NCBI GenBank assembly: GCA_965240325.2
Contig: OZ251255.1
Span: 496,001 to 560,000 of the forward strand
DNA length: 64,000 bases
Direction of reading: 5' to 3'
Origin: Rebecca billardiae RCC1528
Taxonomy: Eukaryota; Protista; Haptophyta
Shown here: positions 22,258 through 33,814 of the stretch, in pieces
How positions within the stretch are numbered: position 1 is the first letter of the stretch
Layout of the letters: every line of letters starts with the position of its first letter
Program-made: the position numbers and the translations under genes
Notes under the pieces: model-generated
What the model was told of the DNA's origin: nothing
The model's input: only the letters and a program-made list of their open reading frames with translations
The model's database searches: none

Positions 22258-25165
22258 GGCCCGCGGTGCACCCTCCGTCGGCTGCTGAGTGCTGTCTCAG
22301 TCGGACAATCATGTGTAACAGTTCGTTCGCCTCGGAGCTGCCACCGCCACAACTCAGTTGCCGCCCACCGGGCCGGCGGGCCGAGGACTGTCGCCGGCGG
22401 GCCGCCGCGCGGGGAAGCGGCCGCCGCGGGGCGGCACGCGCGCGCAGGCAGGGCGATAGGCGCGGCGCGGCGCGGGCCGGCGCGTGCGCGCGTGCGGGCG
22501 CACAGTCTGCTTGAGGTGCTCGCGCGGCGCCATGCGCTCGACGACGGGCCGCTGGTCGCTCACTCAGCCGGTGCACCTCGTGCCGGCAGACGGAGCGAGA
22601 GCGCGCGCCACGCAGTGCTGCCCCGGCCTGCGCTACCGGCAGCCGCGCACCGAGACCGAGCGGAGCTCGGGGTGGAACGAGGCGAGCGGCGCGTCGCGCC
22701 TGCCGCCGCGCGTGCGCGCCTGCTCCACCGCCGGACCGCGCCGCCGTCAGCTCGCCCGCCGCCTCCTCCGCCGCGTCGGCCTCGAAGACGGCTGCGGCGG
22801 CCCGAGCCAGCGGCACGGGCTGAGCCCGTGCGCGCTGGCACCCGGCGCCGATCGCCTCGACGGCCGTCTACTCCACAGCTGGCTGCTCGAGCTGCTGCAC
22901 GGGGCGTCGCGACGAGGGCGCCACGCGCGCCCAGCGGCAGCGCGTCCGTCGCCGCGTCGCGCAGCGCGTCGAGCTCGGCGCCGCGCTTCGCCAGCTCGGC
23001 GCCCAGCGCCTCCGCACTCGCAGTTGGCGTGCGCGAGCGCCAGCGTGCGCATGCCGGAAACGGTGCTGCTGCTGGACTGCTCCGTCGCGGCGGATGTGGC
23101 GAGCGAGACGATGGAAGGGCACGCGAGCAGCGCCGCCAGCAGCGCGCCGTGATGCCGAGCGCGCCGCCGAGCACGCCGAGCGTCTCGCCCGCCTCGGCGC
23201 ACGCGGCCTAGCCCGGCGGCTCGCGCTGCGCCTCGCAGCCGCGTGCCGCGCGAGCGGGCAGGCGAGCGCATCCAGCGCGCCGGTGCCGCCGAGCGCGCCG
23301 CCGTCCGCGCCTCGTGCCCCAGCCCGAGCCGCACCGCGCGCGCGCCGGGCCGCGCGTGCTCGCTGGCCGCGGCCTCCACCTCGGCGTCACTCAGCGCACC
23401 GCAGCCTTCGCTCCTCTTGCCATGCGCGTCGGCGGGCGCCGCCGCGCCGCCCACCGGGCGCCGCCGCTTGCGCACGAGCGCGCCCGGGTCCTCGCAGCCG
23501 CCCGGCCCGCGCGCTGCCGCGGCGGCGGCCGCGCTCGCATCGAGCGCAGCGGCGGCGAGCGGCAGCGCGCGCCGCGTAAGGCGCGGCGAGCGTGCTCAAG
23601 CTGCTCGCGTGTGCCGCGTGTGCAAAGCGGCGCGCGCTTTGCGCTCTGCTCGGCAGAGCGCTGTACGCCGTGCGGCGGCGGCGGCGCGGGCTGGGAGGCG
23701 CTCAAGGCGGAGGACGTGCAGACGAGCGCGCTCGCGCTGCGCGCGCTCGGCGCGTGCGCCGCCGCGGGGCGGCCGGCGGCGGAGCAGCTGCCCGCGCTGG
23801 TGGGCGCGGCAGCGGGTGCGCTGTGCGCCGCCGACACGTCCGCAGCGCGCGCCGCGCTCGGCGCCGCGCTCGGCGCGCTGCACGCCGCGGGCGCGGGCGG
23901 GCGCGCGGCGGCGTGGGCACGAGGGCTGTCCGTGCTGTGCGCGGAGCTCGGCGCCGCCGGCGCGGGCGCGTGCCACGTGGCGCTGCTCGAGCTGCCGGCG
24001 GGTGCGCAGCTGCGCGCGCTCGGCGGGCTGCTCGGCACCGCGCTGAGCGCCGCGCGCCCGCCCGCCGGCGCCACGCCGGCCGGCGCGCTCTGCGCCGTCG
24101 CGCTGTTCCGCGAGCACCTGCGCGGCGCCGCGCTGGCGGAGGCGCTGGCGCACGGCGGCGGCGCGGACGACGAGGAGGATGAGGAGACGATGAAGATGAG
24201 CAGGGCGAGGGCGGCGGACCGTGGGCCGGCACGCCACACGTCTACCGAGGATGCTCGGGCGCCGAACGCAGGCCAGCGAGAACGCATATGCCTGCGGGTT
24301 GAAGGCAAAGCTCCTTTCGCCCGCGCTCGAAAGTGAAGGTTGTCTCGTTTGCTGTGTGCTGATTGGTGGTCGTCTAGATTTCTATGGGTCGTAACCAAGC
24401 CGCTGCGCGTTTTTGTCAATAGCAAAGTTGGCATGGGCGAAGAGCAAACATCATATTCATAGTAAATGCGCGTGAGTGAATCTCGGGTTTCGAGTCTCTC
24501 CGCTCGCTGCGCGCTGATTGATCGTTGTGCGTGCAGCTAACCCAAGGTTTTTAGTGACACAGGTTGGTAGGAGTTGTGTTGTGTCGATATGGAATTGTGG
24601 ACATAGAATGCTGACGATGAGCGTTTGACCAATCAACGTCTCGGAAAAAAGGACGAAACATGACTCACACGTGTGAGTACTCCCGATCACTCCGGGAGAT
24701 ATGGCCATTTCCGCCCACTGGGGTCATTATTAGGTGTAAAGTTGAGTAATTTGGCAGTCGCGCGCAAAGGTTCGTCGTTAGTAAAGTTGAGTACTTGACG
24801 AAGACTTTTTGCCAGAAGCCCTCAGCCCAGCACCCGCCCACGCGCTCGGTCCTCGTCCTATTTGGCAATATGCTATGAAGATTTACAACAAATCGCAGAT
24901 TCGTTCACCCAGATATACTGACACTGAATGCACGTCCGTCCATCGACTTGTGCGGAATGGCGTGGGCGCGCTTATTTCGTCAATCGCGTCTTGCTAATGC
25001 AGAGCAATGGGCGAATGAACCCCTCGAAAAAGCGAAACCTCACCCTCCAACAGCCCTCAAAATCGTCCCCCGTCCCCTTTTCTTTGATCAAAAGATCTTT
25101 TTGACAACGTGGTGAGGGCCCCCGGCGGGGCTCCACGCTACGCGCTCCGCCCTGCACCGCGGGCC
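22258..25165. mobile_element. Putative Pack-type TIR element carrying mosaic gene fragments
   Basis: 13-bp inverted repeat GGCCCGCGGTGCA (22258-22270) / TGCACCGCGGGCC (25153-25165). The interior is a patchwork of short protein-like fragments in different frames and strands. No clean TSD. Confidence 0.45.
23657..24200 (+). pseudogene. Alpha-helical (HEAT/ARM-like) gene fragment without a clear start
   Basis: Protein-like frame WEALKAEDVQTSALALRALGAC...WARGLSVLCAEL...LFREHLRG after a GGCAG acceptor. No coherent upstream exon. Confidence 0.35.
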
Positions 25166-25175
25166 ATCATTATTA

Positions 25176-26870
25176 TAGACAGGTTGCACGGAAAAATGAC
25201 CGCCCGCGACTGACAGATGTTACATTCCCAGTGGACGCGACCTGTCCACCCGTCTTTCGGTACATGGCGCCGTCGCCGTGCGCTCGGAAGCGGCGCGCGC
25301 TCTCGCGCGCTGCACGATGCCCGCTGTTGCGGGTGCAGCGCGCCACTCCGCGCCTCGATCGGCCTCTTCCTGCTTGAGTAGCATGTACCGAAAGTCAACC
25401 ACCCTTGAGCTCCAATCGCGACATCGCGCAGCCGCGCGGCACGTTCACGTGGCATCTGAGTCGCAGAGGGCAGCAGAGCAGGCCGTCTCAGCCTGGAAGA
25501 GTTCCAGGCCCGGTGTGAAGAGAGGTAGCAATGCAAGGTGGATACGTGCCATGCACATCGCAGTCTGGCCGCACACGACGTTCGCAGCCTACGACTCGCG
25601 CGTGCGTGCTTGCGCTCGGCCACGTCCATGCATCAGCTGTGCATGCATTGGATGGAGCGCGCGCGCGACTGGTCTTGCACATCACGTTGCGCAGCAACAG
25701 TCGCGGGAGGAGACACGCGACACTCATAGAATGCGACAACCTTGCAATGTTCATCCAGCGCGTGTTGGTGAGGGTCGAAAAGCTGGCGGCGGCTACCTCT
25801 CAATCGCTCGGTTGCACTTGATGGTGCATGCGCGCCGGCCGGAGCGCTGAAGTGTCAGAGTCGTGGCATGCTCGAGGCTCTTGGATGAGGAGATGGCCGC
25901 TACGCAGTCCGTCTATGTCGTCAGCATGAAGAACGGCATCCACGCACGACGCCTCTCGAACGCATACGTGCTTCCGCGCTGTGACACGCATCGACAAGAA
26001 CTGCTCGGCAGGCTGACGAGGCACCACGCCTCACTCACGCCCAAGAACAGCAGGGCGAGTGCTAAGGAGCGGGCGAAGGAAGCTGTCACTCGCTGCGGCA
26101 AGGACGCTCTTACTGTACGAATGGTCAGTGAGCCCTACATAGCCTTCTTTGTCTCGCGTGAGCGCAGCACCAAGGGTGAGGCGCGAGGTGTTGCGCAGAC
26201 GGTCGCACAGGCTCACGTAGACAGCTCGATGGTGATCATCGAAAGCTTCTATCGAGTGTTCAGATGCAGAGCGCGTGCGTACACCGAGCAGGAGCTGACG
26301 ACCTACATGCTATCATGCCACGCGTGGATCTCCCCGCCGGCCCACAAGTCGCTGACGACTTACTGTCGAACTCGAATGCTCGCGCGCGGCACTGCTGGCG
26401 AAGGCTGCACTCGTCGACGAGCTCGGTCCGATCATGACGGTTTGCCATACTGCGCGTGGTGACGGGCGTTGGCGGGCTCGAGGCGGATGGCGCGGGCGGT
26501 GTGAAGCAGATAGAGCCGGGCGTGTGCGCTCGCTCCGAGACGCGTCGAAGGGAGGACTGTCTCCAGCTGCCTGATGATCCTGGTCGAGAGGGTGATGCTG
26601 CTGTGGCTTTGCCGTCTCATCACGCGACGTGTGCTGGGATGATGACAGTCACTGCCGACGGCGAGGGTGTCCCGGCTGTGCTAGCTCAAGGGATGTAGCG
26701 CACGCGGACAAGTCCTGACGACACGCGCATTCAGCTAGTCATCATGCGGGGCTGCATCGACACGCGAGGCGCGCGCCACCCACGAGCGGCGAGTGGGCGG
26801 GCGCCATCCTTCAGAGGCGCCGTCTCTGAGAAATGTAACACCAAGGACAGTTTCCTGTGCAACCTGTCTA
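25176..26870. mobile_element. Decayed TIR DNA transposon (~1.7 kb) with TAG...CTA termini
   Basis: 16-bp inverted match TATAGACAGGTTGCAC (25174-25189) / GTGCAACCTGTCTATA (26857-26872), extendable with one indel. Interrupted ORF pieces inside on the + strand. Confidence 0.7.
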
Positions 26871-27023
26871 TATAACTTGTATAGTCTCGAAATGAAGCGC
26901 GACGACGCGCGCGCTGTCTTGCGGGACTCGGCAGGCGGAGCCGCCTGCCGGAGCGGCCGGCGGGCCTAGTTACGCGGCGCCCGATCTCAATCTGACGAGG
27001 CCCGAGACTCGGACCCGTGACCG

Positions 27024-27719
27024 TCACTTCCGCCGCGCTACGTATTTGCGAGCTTTCTCGGGGCTGACGCGCAAGCGCTGGTACTCAAGCAGCATCGTGC
27101 CCGCCTTGACAAAGGCCGCCCCGGGGTTCTCCTCCTGCAGCGCCGCGTTGTACACTTCCTCGTCCTCTGGCAGCAGGGCCGAGTGCATGCACACGCAGAT
27201 GGCGTCGTCGTCCGAGTCAGGGTCGACGGCGTCCGCGCCGCCGTTGCGGGCCATGAAGGCCAGCGTGCCCACGGTCTCGAGCGTGCAGGCCGGCGGCGCC
27301 GAGGGCGGCGGGCTGAGCCGCATGCCCGCGACGCTCACCTCCCCGTGCAGGATGGCTGCCCCCGCCACCTCCAAGCCCTTGCGCATGCTCACCTGCCCTT
27401 CCACCCGCATGCCCTTTTGCACAGTCACGTCGCCCTCGAGCGCGAGGGCCTTGGCCACGGTCACCTCGCCCTGCAGCACGATCTGGCCCTCGGTTGCGCA
27501 TGCCGGCGGCGTCAGGGAGAGCGTGCCGCTGCCGTCCGACTCGCACGACGAGGACACGCCGGTCGGCGGCTCGGCGACGGGCGGCTCTTGGTCCGGCGAC
27601 TCGGCCGGGTGGCGGAAGTGGCCGAAGAGCAGGTTGCGCGAGGGCGTCGGGCTGAAGGCGTCGAGCGTGGCCGCTGGGTCGGGCACGAGAAGAATGGGCA
27701 AGATCAGCGCGGCGATCAT
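27024..27719 (-). CDS. Secreted beta-helix-repeat protein, copy A
   Basis: Signal-like MIAALILPILLV. Six-residue periodic strands (GEVTVAKALALEGDVTVQKGMRVEGQVSM). Cys motif PPACT..VGTL.F...ICVC. Near-identical to copy B. Confidence 0.75.
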   Translation of the reverse strand: MIAALILPILLVPDPAATLDAFSPTPSRNLLFGHFRHPAESPDQEPPVAEPPTGVSSSCESDGSGTLSLTPPACATEGQIVLQGEVTVAKALALEGDVTVQKGMRVEGQVSMRKGLEVAGAAILHGEVSVAGMRLSPPPSAPPACTLETVGTLAFMARNGGADAVDPDSDDDAICVCMHSALLPEDEEVYNAALQEENPGAAFVKAGTMLLEYQRLRVSPEKARKYVARRK

Positions 27720-28296
27720 CGCTTCGTTCCTGGTCGGGGAGGGATGCGGGCGCCCTCGCGCGGTCGGAAGACGATCGAAACGGCCGTCGCCCGTCGTCCG
27801 TCCACGGAATCAGTGCTGGTCGTGAGTGGGTGATTGGCTCAAGGAGAGGGTTATTTTTAAGACCCCTTGATTGGCTGTCCAGCAAATAATAATAACGACG
27901 TGGTATGCAACGGGCAAGCGTCAGGCTCAGAGTCGAATGATGAGATGAGATCGCGCTCGCAAATCACGGCGCATTGATCGAATCCGCGCATGCAATGACC
28001 GAATCCGTCAGTTCACAGTTGGTCAGCCCGGTCGGCCGGGCGGGTCGGCGTCGAGCGCCGCGCCAGCATGGACCGGCACGGAGCCGCCCGGCGGCGGCCA
28101 CGGGCCAGTCCGGGCCGCTGCATGCGGCGCTCGGCGGGCCGGCGGCGCGCGGAGCGCCATTCAGATCACTCTGCTTCACGTCACGCCATGCGACCGAGCG
28201 CACAATGCCGAGTACTCCGGCCCGGACTGCGTGTGAAGCCGGAGCCGGAAGAAGCGCGCCTTCCGGGACCGAGGGGGGCGGCCGCCGGCTCAGTAG

Positions 28297-28992
28297 TCAG
28301 TTGGTCCGCCGCACATATTTTGCACGTCTCTCGGGGTGGACGCGCAAGCGCTGGTACTCAAGCAGCATCGTGCCCGCCTTGACAAAGGCCGCCCCGGGGT
28401 TCTCCTCCTGCAGCGCCGCGTTGTACACTTCCTCGTCCTCTGGCAGCAGGGCCGAGTGCATGCACACGCAGATGGCGTCGTCGTCCGAGTCAGGGTCGAC
28501 GGCGTCCGCGCCGCCGTTGCGGGCCATGAAGGCCAGCGTGCCCACGGTCTCGAGCGTGCAGGCCGGTGGCGCCGAGGGCGGCGGGCTGAGCCGCATGCCC
28601 GCGACGCTCACCTCCCCGTGCAGGATGGCTGCCCCCGCCACCTCCAAGCCCTTGCGCATGCTCACCTGCCCTTCCACCCGTATGTCCTTCTGCACAGTCA
28701 CGTCGCCCTCGAGCGCGAGGGCCTTGGCCACGGTCACCTCGCCCTGCAGCACGATCTGGCCCTCGTTCGCGCATGCCGGCGGCGTCAGGGAGAGCGTGCC
28801 GCTGCCGTCCGACTCGCACGACGAGGACACGGCGGTCGGCGGCTCGGCGACGGGCGGCTCTTGGTCCGGCGACTCGGCCGGGTGGCGGAAGTGGCCGAAG
28901 AGCAGGTTGCGCGAGGGCGTCGGGCTGAAGGCGTCGAGCCTGGCCGCTGGTTCGGGCACGAGGAGAATGGGCAAGATCAGCGCGGCGAGCAT
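28297..28992 (-). CDS. Secreted beta-helix-repeat protein, copy B (tandem duplicate)
   Basis: Near-identical to 27024-27719 with the reading frame preserved. Confidence 0.75.
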   Translation of the reverse strand: MLAALILPILLVPEPAARLDAFSPTPSRNLLFGHFRHPAESPDQEPPVAEPPTAVSSSCESDGSGTLSLTPPACANEGQIVLQGEVTVAKALALEGDVTVQKDIRVEGQVSMRKGLEVAGAAILHGEVSVAGMRLSPPPSAPPACTLETVGTLAFMARNGGADAVDPDSDDDAICVCMHSALLPEDEEVYNAALQEENPGAAFVKAGTMLLEYQRLRVHPERRAKYVRRTN

Positions 28993-29299
28993 CGCTTCGG
29001 TCCTGGTCGGGGAGGGACGCGGGCTCGGGCGGCACACAGGCGCGGCCGTCCGTCCAGCCCGCGAGACGCAAAGCGAGCGTTTCATCATTCGCCGCCACTT
29101 CGTCGCCGCCGCCCGGACACCAAAACCTGACGAGAGCAAAATAAAGCCAAATAAAACTCCGAAAAGCCGAAAAGGGGGGAATTCAAGGCCGGTTCGTAGG
29201 ATTCTAACACGGCCGTGGCTCCAGACGCGAAGCCAGCCCTGCTGCTCGGAGGGTGGTCGTCACACCCACAGGCCTCGGCCGGTCGGCTGCGCGGGCGCC

Positions 29300-30646
29300 A
29301 TGGGCGCGTGCATGAGCGCGCGCAGCGTGGTCGTGCACGTGTACACCATCATCGACGCCGAGGAGGACCCGCTCTTCGCCATGATGGCGCTACCCTTCGG
29401 CGTGACAGGTGTGTACATTACATCGGTCGTCGTCGGCGGCAAGGAGTATGTGTATGATGCGCACCGGCCGGCGCAGGCGGGCGCGCCCGCCGCGGAGGAG
29501 CGGCCCGAGGGCGCCCCCGCGCCGCCGGCCGCCGCGACCGCGCCCACGCCCGAGCGGCCGGGCGGCGTGCGCAGCTACGCGCCGCGGCCGCGAGCGCCCG
29601 CCTCCAAGCCACCGCCAGATCTTTACGGCGCGGACGCGGTGAGGGGCATGAAGGGCGTGGTGGAGATGGGGCACACGACCAAGTCGCGGAAGGAGATCGA
29701 GGCCATCCTCGCCGAGCTCCGCGCGACGTACACGGGCGAGGCGTACAACCTCGCCACCCGCAACCCCAACCACTTCAGCGCCGAGCTGTGCGCGAGGCTG
29801 GGCGCGCAGAAGCAATTTCCGCCATGGCTCAATAACGCTTCGGTGCGTGCGCTGCCGGCCGCCTGCCGCACGCGCGCGCGGAGGGGATGCGGGTCTGGCG
29901 TGCGCGCGGGGGGCGCGGGGAGGGCCTCGCACTCGCGCGCCGCGCATCCCACGCGCGCACACGCGCGCAGGCCGCTGAGACCCACCATGCACCACCCACC
30001 CACCCCGCGCGCTTAATGGCTATTGGCCTATTGCCTTGCGCGCCCGCCGCTGCTGCGCGGGGCCGCCCCGGTGCGCCGCGCGCCGTGCGCTCGACAGGCG
30101 GTGGGCCAGGCGCTGGGGCTGCCGCTGGACGCGCCCGTCTCCGAGATCGCGCGCGCGGCGACGGCCGAGGCGCAGGCGGAGCGGCGGCGCGAGCAGGAGG
30201 CGCGCAGCAGGGCGCAGCGCCAGCCGGCGCGCGGCGGCGGACCCCTGAGCTGGCTGGCGCAACGGCCGCAGCAGCAGCCGCGCGCCGCCGCGTCGGACGC
30301 GGAGGCGGAGGCGGCGAACGCGCTAGCGGTGGGCATGCTGATCGGCGGCGCGGCGGCGCTGATGGCGATCGCCGCGACCGCCGAGGCCGAGCTCGAGGCC
30401 GAGCGCCAGGGCGGGCGCGGGCCGGCAGGACAGCAGAGCCGGTTTGTTCCGATCGCCGTCGTGCCGTCAGGGCAGCGGCAGCAGCAGCAGGGGCAGCAGC
30501 CGCGGCGAGCTGCGGGCGGCGGGAATGGCGGGCTCTTCGGTGGCGGTGGGCTCTTCAGTGGGGGCGGCGGCGGAGGGGGCGCGGGCACCGCGGGTGCGCG
30601 GCAGCAGCAGCAGCCGCCACCGCGCTTCGAGGAGGTGCACGAATAA
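29300..30646 (+). CDS. PPPDE/DeSI (peptidase C97) family protein, predicted inactive (exons 29300-29842, 30098-30646)
   Basis: V.VHVY...GVY.TSVVV.G.EY.Y...MG.T...I..EL...Y.G.AYNL..RN.NHFS.ELC..L.....P.WLN matches PPPDE. The catalytic His and Cys positions hold Ile and Pro. Confidence 0.85.
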
Positions 30647-31333
30647 TGTCCAGAGTGGGCGCGTCGTCGACGGTCGCGTCTCGATCCTCCGACGGCGCCG
30701 CGGCCATCGCGACCGTCAGGCATCCGAAGCGGCTCGCCGGCTGGGGGTGGGTGCTGTGGGCGATCGTCGAGCGGCTTGGTGACGAGCGATCTGTGCTGCT
30801 ACGCCCCGCCGCTCCGCTGCATGGTTCTGGCTTCGGTCAGAATCCTGATGCGAACGCGAACTACAGCGTCCGAAGTCGCGATCGCGGATCGATGCCGACC
30901 ATATCCATCAGGCATCACCAATCACCATCATTCACCATGGCGATTGCGATTGCGAAGCCGCAAACGAAACCGTGCGCGAGTCTAATAACTCTATGCCGAG
31001 CATATCAGTATACTGCTTCACCCTGAGGCCTGACAACCAGACCCACCGACACTCGTTATCGTAGCAGTGGGTAGTCACACGTTCGTCGTTCGCGCGACGA
31101 TAGCGCGTCTGCTACTACTGCTCTCGTCGTATAGTCGATCGTGCCTGTATAGTATCATCACTTAGCAGCCGAGCCAACGACACACTGTCGTCAGGCACTA
31201 GACAAGCCCTGAAGGGCTGATCGAAAGGCTCGGGCCATCAGATCGCGACCGGCCGTGATCCGTCACTGTGACTGTCGCGGCATGCATGCCTGCTGCTGCC
31301 TCAGCTCGCACTCGCGACGGGCTGCGGCGCAGC

Positions 31334-31949
31334 TCAGATGAGCAGCGGCTCGATCTCGTCACGCAGCTTCTGAATCTGCGGCTTGAGCTGCGAGCCCTCG
31401 TTCGTCGTGATCGAGCAGGCAATCACTGGCCTGCGCACGCGCACGCGGACGTGCAGACACAGTCCCAGCGGCCCGCGCGTCACGGCCAGCGCGGCACGTC
31501 GCCAAATGCCGCGTTCGCGCCCGGGGACGCGCGGGCGCGCGCGCGCGCGCGCGCACCTGGACACGCCGCACGCGCGGCCGAGCGCCTGCTTCGACGAGAC
31601 GAAGACGTACGGCACGTTCTTGTCCTCGCACAGCAGCGGAAGGTGCAGGAGAATCTCAAGAGGTTCCGCGTCAGCCGCCATGATGATGAGCTCGGAGATG
31701 CCGCGGTTGAGCGTCTTGGTCGCCTCGTTCGCGCCCTTCTTGAGCTGCTTGTAGTTCGCCGCCTGCTGCACCACGTCGAGAATCGTGACCTGCCACAGCC
31801 GCGTGCGAAGCGCGGGCATCAAGTCGGGAGGAAGCGTGTGCGCAGCCGTGCGCGCGCTCGCGCGCGCGCGCGTGGGCGGCGCGGGCGCCCACCTGCAGGT
31901 TGGCACCGGCGAGCGGGAACGCCTTGGGGTTCGGGGCCGACTCCGCCAT
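31334..31949 (-). CDS. SNU13: U4/U6.U5 and box C/D snoRNP 15.5 kDa protein (exons 31949-31893, 31789-31557, 31430-31334)
   Basis: NPKAFPLA...[31 protein letters not shown]...[42 protein letters not shown]. Confidence 0.97.
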
Positions 31950-32182
31950 CGCTGGCTTCACTGTCGTCGGGCGCGCGGGCGGTGCGAGCGCAAGGTGCGG
32001 ACGTGGACGCGGTTCGGGGACAGCTCGGGCCACGAGACCGACGACAAGGCAGCTCTTCGTGGCAGCGGGTGCGCAGGTCCGCACGATGGCTGCGCGTCAG
32101 CCGCCTGCACGAATGTCATCATGCATTTTGGTGGCCCAGCCGGAGTGAATGGACTCGTCTGCTGGGCGCAAGTTCATCCGCC

Positions 32183-33607
32183 ATGTCCACCGAGCGCGCC
32201 CCGCTGCTACGCCCGCGCACGCCCGCGCCACCCCGCGCGCCCGACCTCGAGTGGGCGCGCTCGACGGTGCCGGCGTCCCCGCAGCGCCCCGCCGCATGCC
32301 GAGGGCCGCTCCTCCCCATGGTCGCGTTCGCGCTTCTGCTGTGGGGCGTTGACCTGCTGTCCGGCGGCGACGATGACGACGAGGGCGGCGCCGTGGCGGA
32401 CGTGTACTGGGCGTTCGACCTGTGCCCGTCCGAGAGCTCGGAGGGCGGCGGCGTGCTCGCGTGGGAGTCCGTCCCGCTGCTCCCCGCCGAGCTCTGCCCC
32501 GTGCGCGCGCAGGCGCAGCCGGTGCGGATGGCGGTGCAGCTCGACGACGTGGCGCCTTCGTCCGCGTTCACGTTGGCCGCGCTCCGCCCGGCGAGCCTGG
32601 CGGGCGAGGTGGTCGTGCGCGTGCTCGCCGCAGACGGGCGCGTGCTCCTTCCACCGACCAGCCACCGCTTCGAGCGTGCCGCGCACGGCCGCCAGCTCGC
32701 CTCTGCCGAGCGCGCCGACGGCGGCCGCTCCGCCGCCGTGACCGGCGCGCCGATGCCGACAGCGCGCGGGCTGCTCAAGGGTGGCACCTTCGGTGGCTTC
32801 CACGCGTGGCACTCGCCCGGCGCGAGTGGGTATCACACGAGTGGCTATCGCACGTGGGGTCGCTTCCGGCCGTGGGGCGCGGCGCACTGGCGCTCGGCCG
32901 GCGGGCAGGCGGGCGCCACGCCCCCTGGGCTTGGGCTGGTGAGGGCGCTGCGCTCCGCCGCGCATGCGGCGGAGCCTGCGTGCGCGGCTGCGCCGAGCGT
33001 GGGCGGGAGCGCGGTGGGGGGCGCTCCCGCGCGCAGCGAGTGCGTCGCGTGCCTCGACTCCGCGCAGCACGTGCGCGAGCCGTTGGGTGGCGCGGCCATG
33101 GGCGACGGCGCGGCCGCGGCGGCCCGTGGCGGCGTGGGCGGCGCGGGCGAGTCCACGGCGGCCGCGGCCGGCGGCGGCGCGCCGGACGCGGCCGTCTTCA
33201 GCGCCCAAGCACCGGACTTCCCGCTGGCGCTCGAGCTGCTCAGCGCCCGGCTCATCGAGCCAGTGCCGCCCGCCAGCGACCCGTCTGCTCCCGCTGCCGA
33301 CCCCGGTCGGCTCTCTTTCGGCCTGCAAGGGGCGGTGCCGCTTGCCGCGCTGCCAGCAGGCTCGGCGCAGCGCGGCGCCGGCGCTGGCTGGGGAAACCGC
33401 ACAGCCGTGGCGGAGGTGTGCGACCGGACCCGCGGGCGCGCCGAGCTGTTGGCGGGCTGGCGCGCGCACTGGCAGCGGCACGACGGCGCTGTGGCAGCCG
33501 ACCCGGGGCCCGGCGTTGGCGGCGCCCCGGCAGTGATCCCGGTGCCAGCTCGTCCGCCGCCGCCGGAGCTGATGTTCACACTCGTCCCCGCGCCCGCCGA
33601 CGGCTGA
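32183..33607 (+). CDS. Uncharacterised type II membrane protein
   Basis: MSTERAPLL (dileucine-type motif), one hydrophobic segment ([17 protein letters not shown]), long open frame, divergent from SNU13. Confidence 0.6.
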   Translation: MSTERAPLLRPRTPAPPRAPDLEWARSTVPASPQRPAACRGPLLPMVAFALLLWGVDLLSGGDDDDEGGAVADVYWAFDLCPSESSEGGGVLAWESVPLLPAELCPVRAQAQPVRMAVQLDDVAPSSAFTLAALRPASLAGEVVVRVLAADGRVLLPPTSHRFERAAHGRQLASAERADGGRSAAVTGAPMPTARGLLKGGTFGGFHAWHSPGASGYHTSGYRTWGRFRPWGAAHWRSAGGQAGATPPGLGLVRALRSAAHAAEPACAAAPSVGGSAVGGAPARSECVACLDSAQHVREPLGGAAMGDGAAAAARGGVGGAGESTAAAAGGGAPDAAVFSAQAPDFPLALELLSARLIEPVPPASDPSAPAADPGRLSFGLQGAVPLAALPAGSAQRGAGAGWGNRTAVAEVCDRTRGRAELLAGWRAHWQRHDGAVAADPGPGVGGAPAVIPVPARPPPPELMFTLVPAPADG

Positions 33608-33814
33608 CCGCTGCTTAGGACGACAACGCTACAGCGACGACGCATCAAGATTGCCACCGCCTTGCTATGAGGCCAACCCCACTGCGCATCATGAACCGGC
33701 TGAGTTCGCGATGTCCGGCGCTGGAGAAATGACGGACGACGGTTGGCCCGCTCCCGGACCTTGGCGACCGACCAGTAGCCGCGAAGCACGAGCGGGGCGC
33801 GGGGCGGCCGAGCC

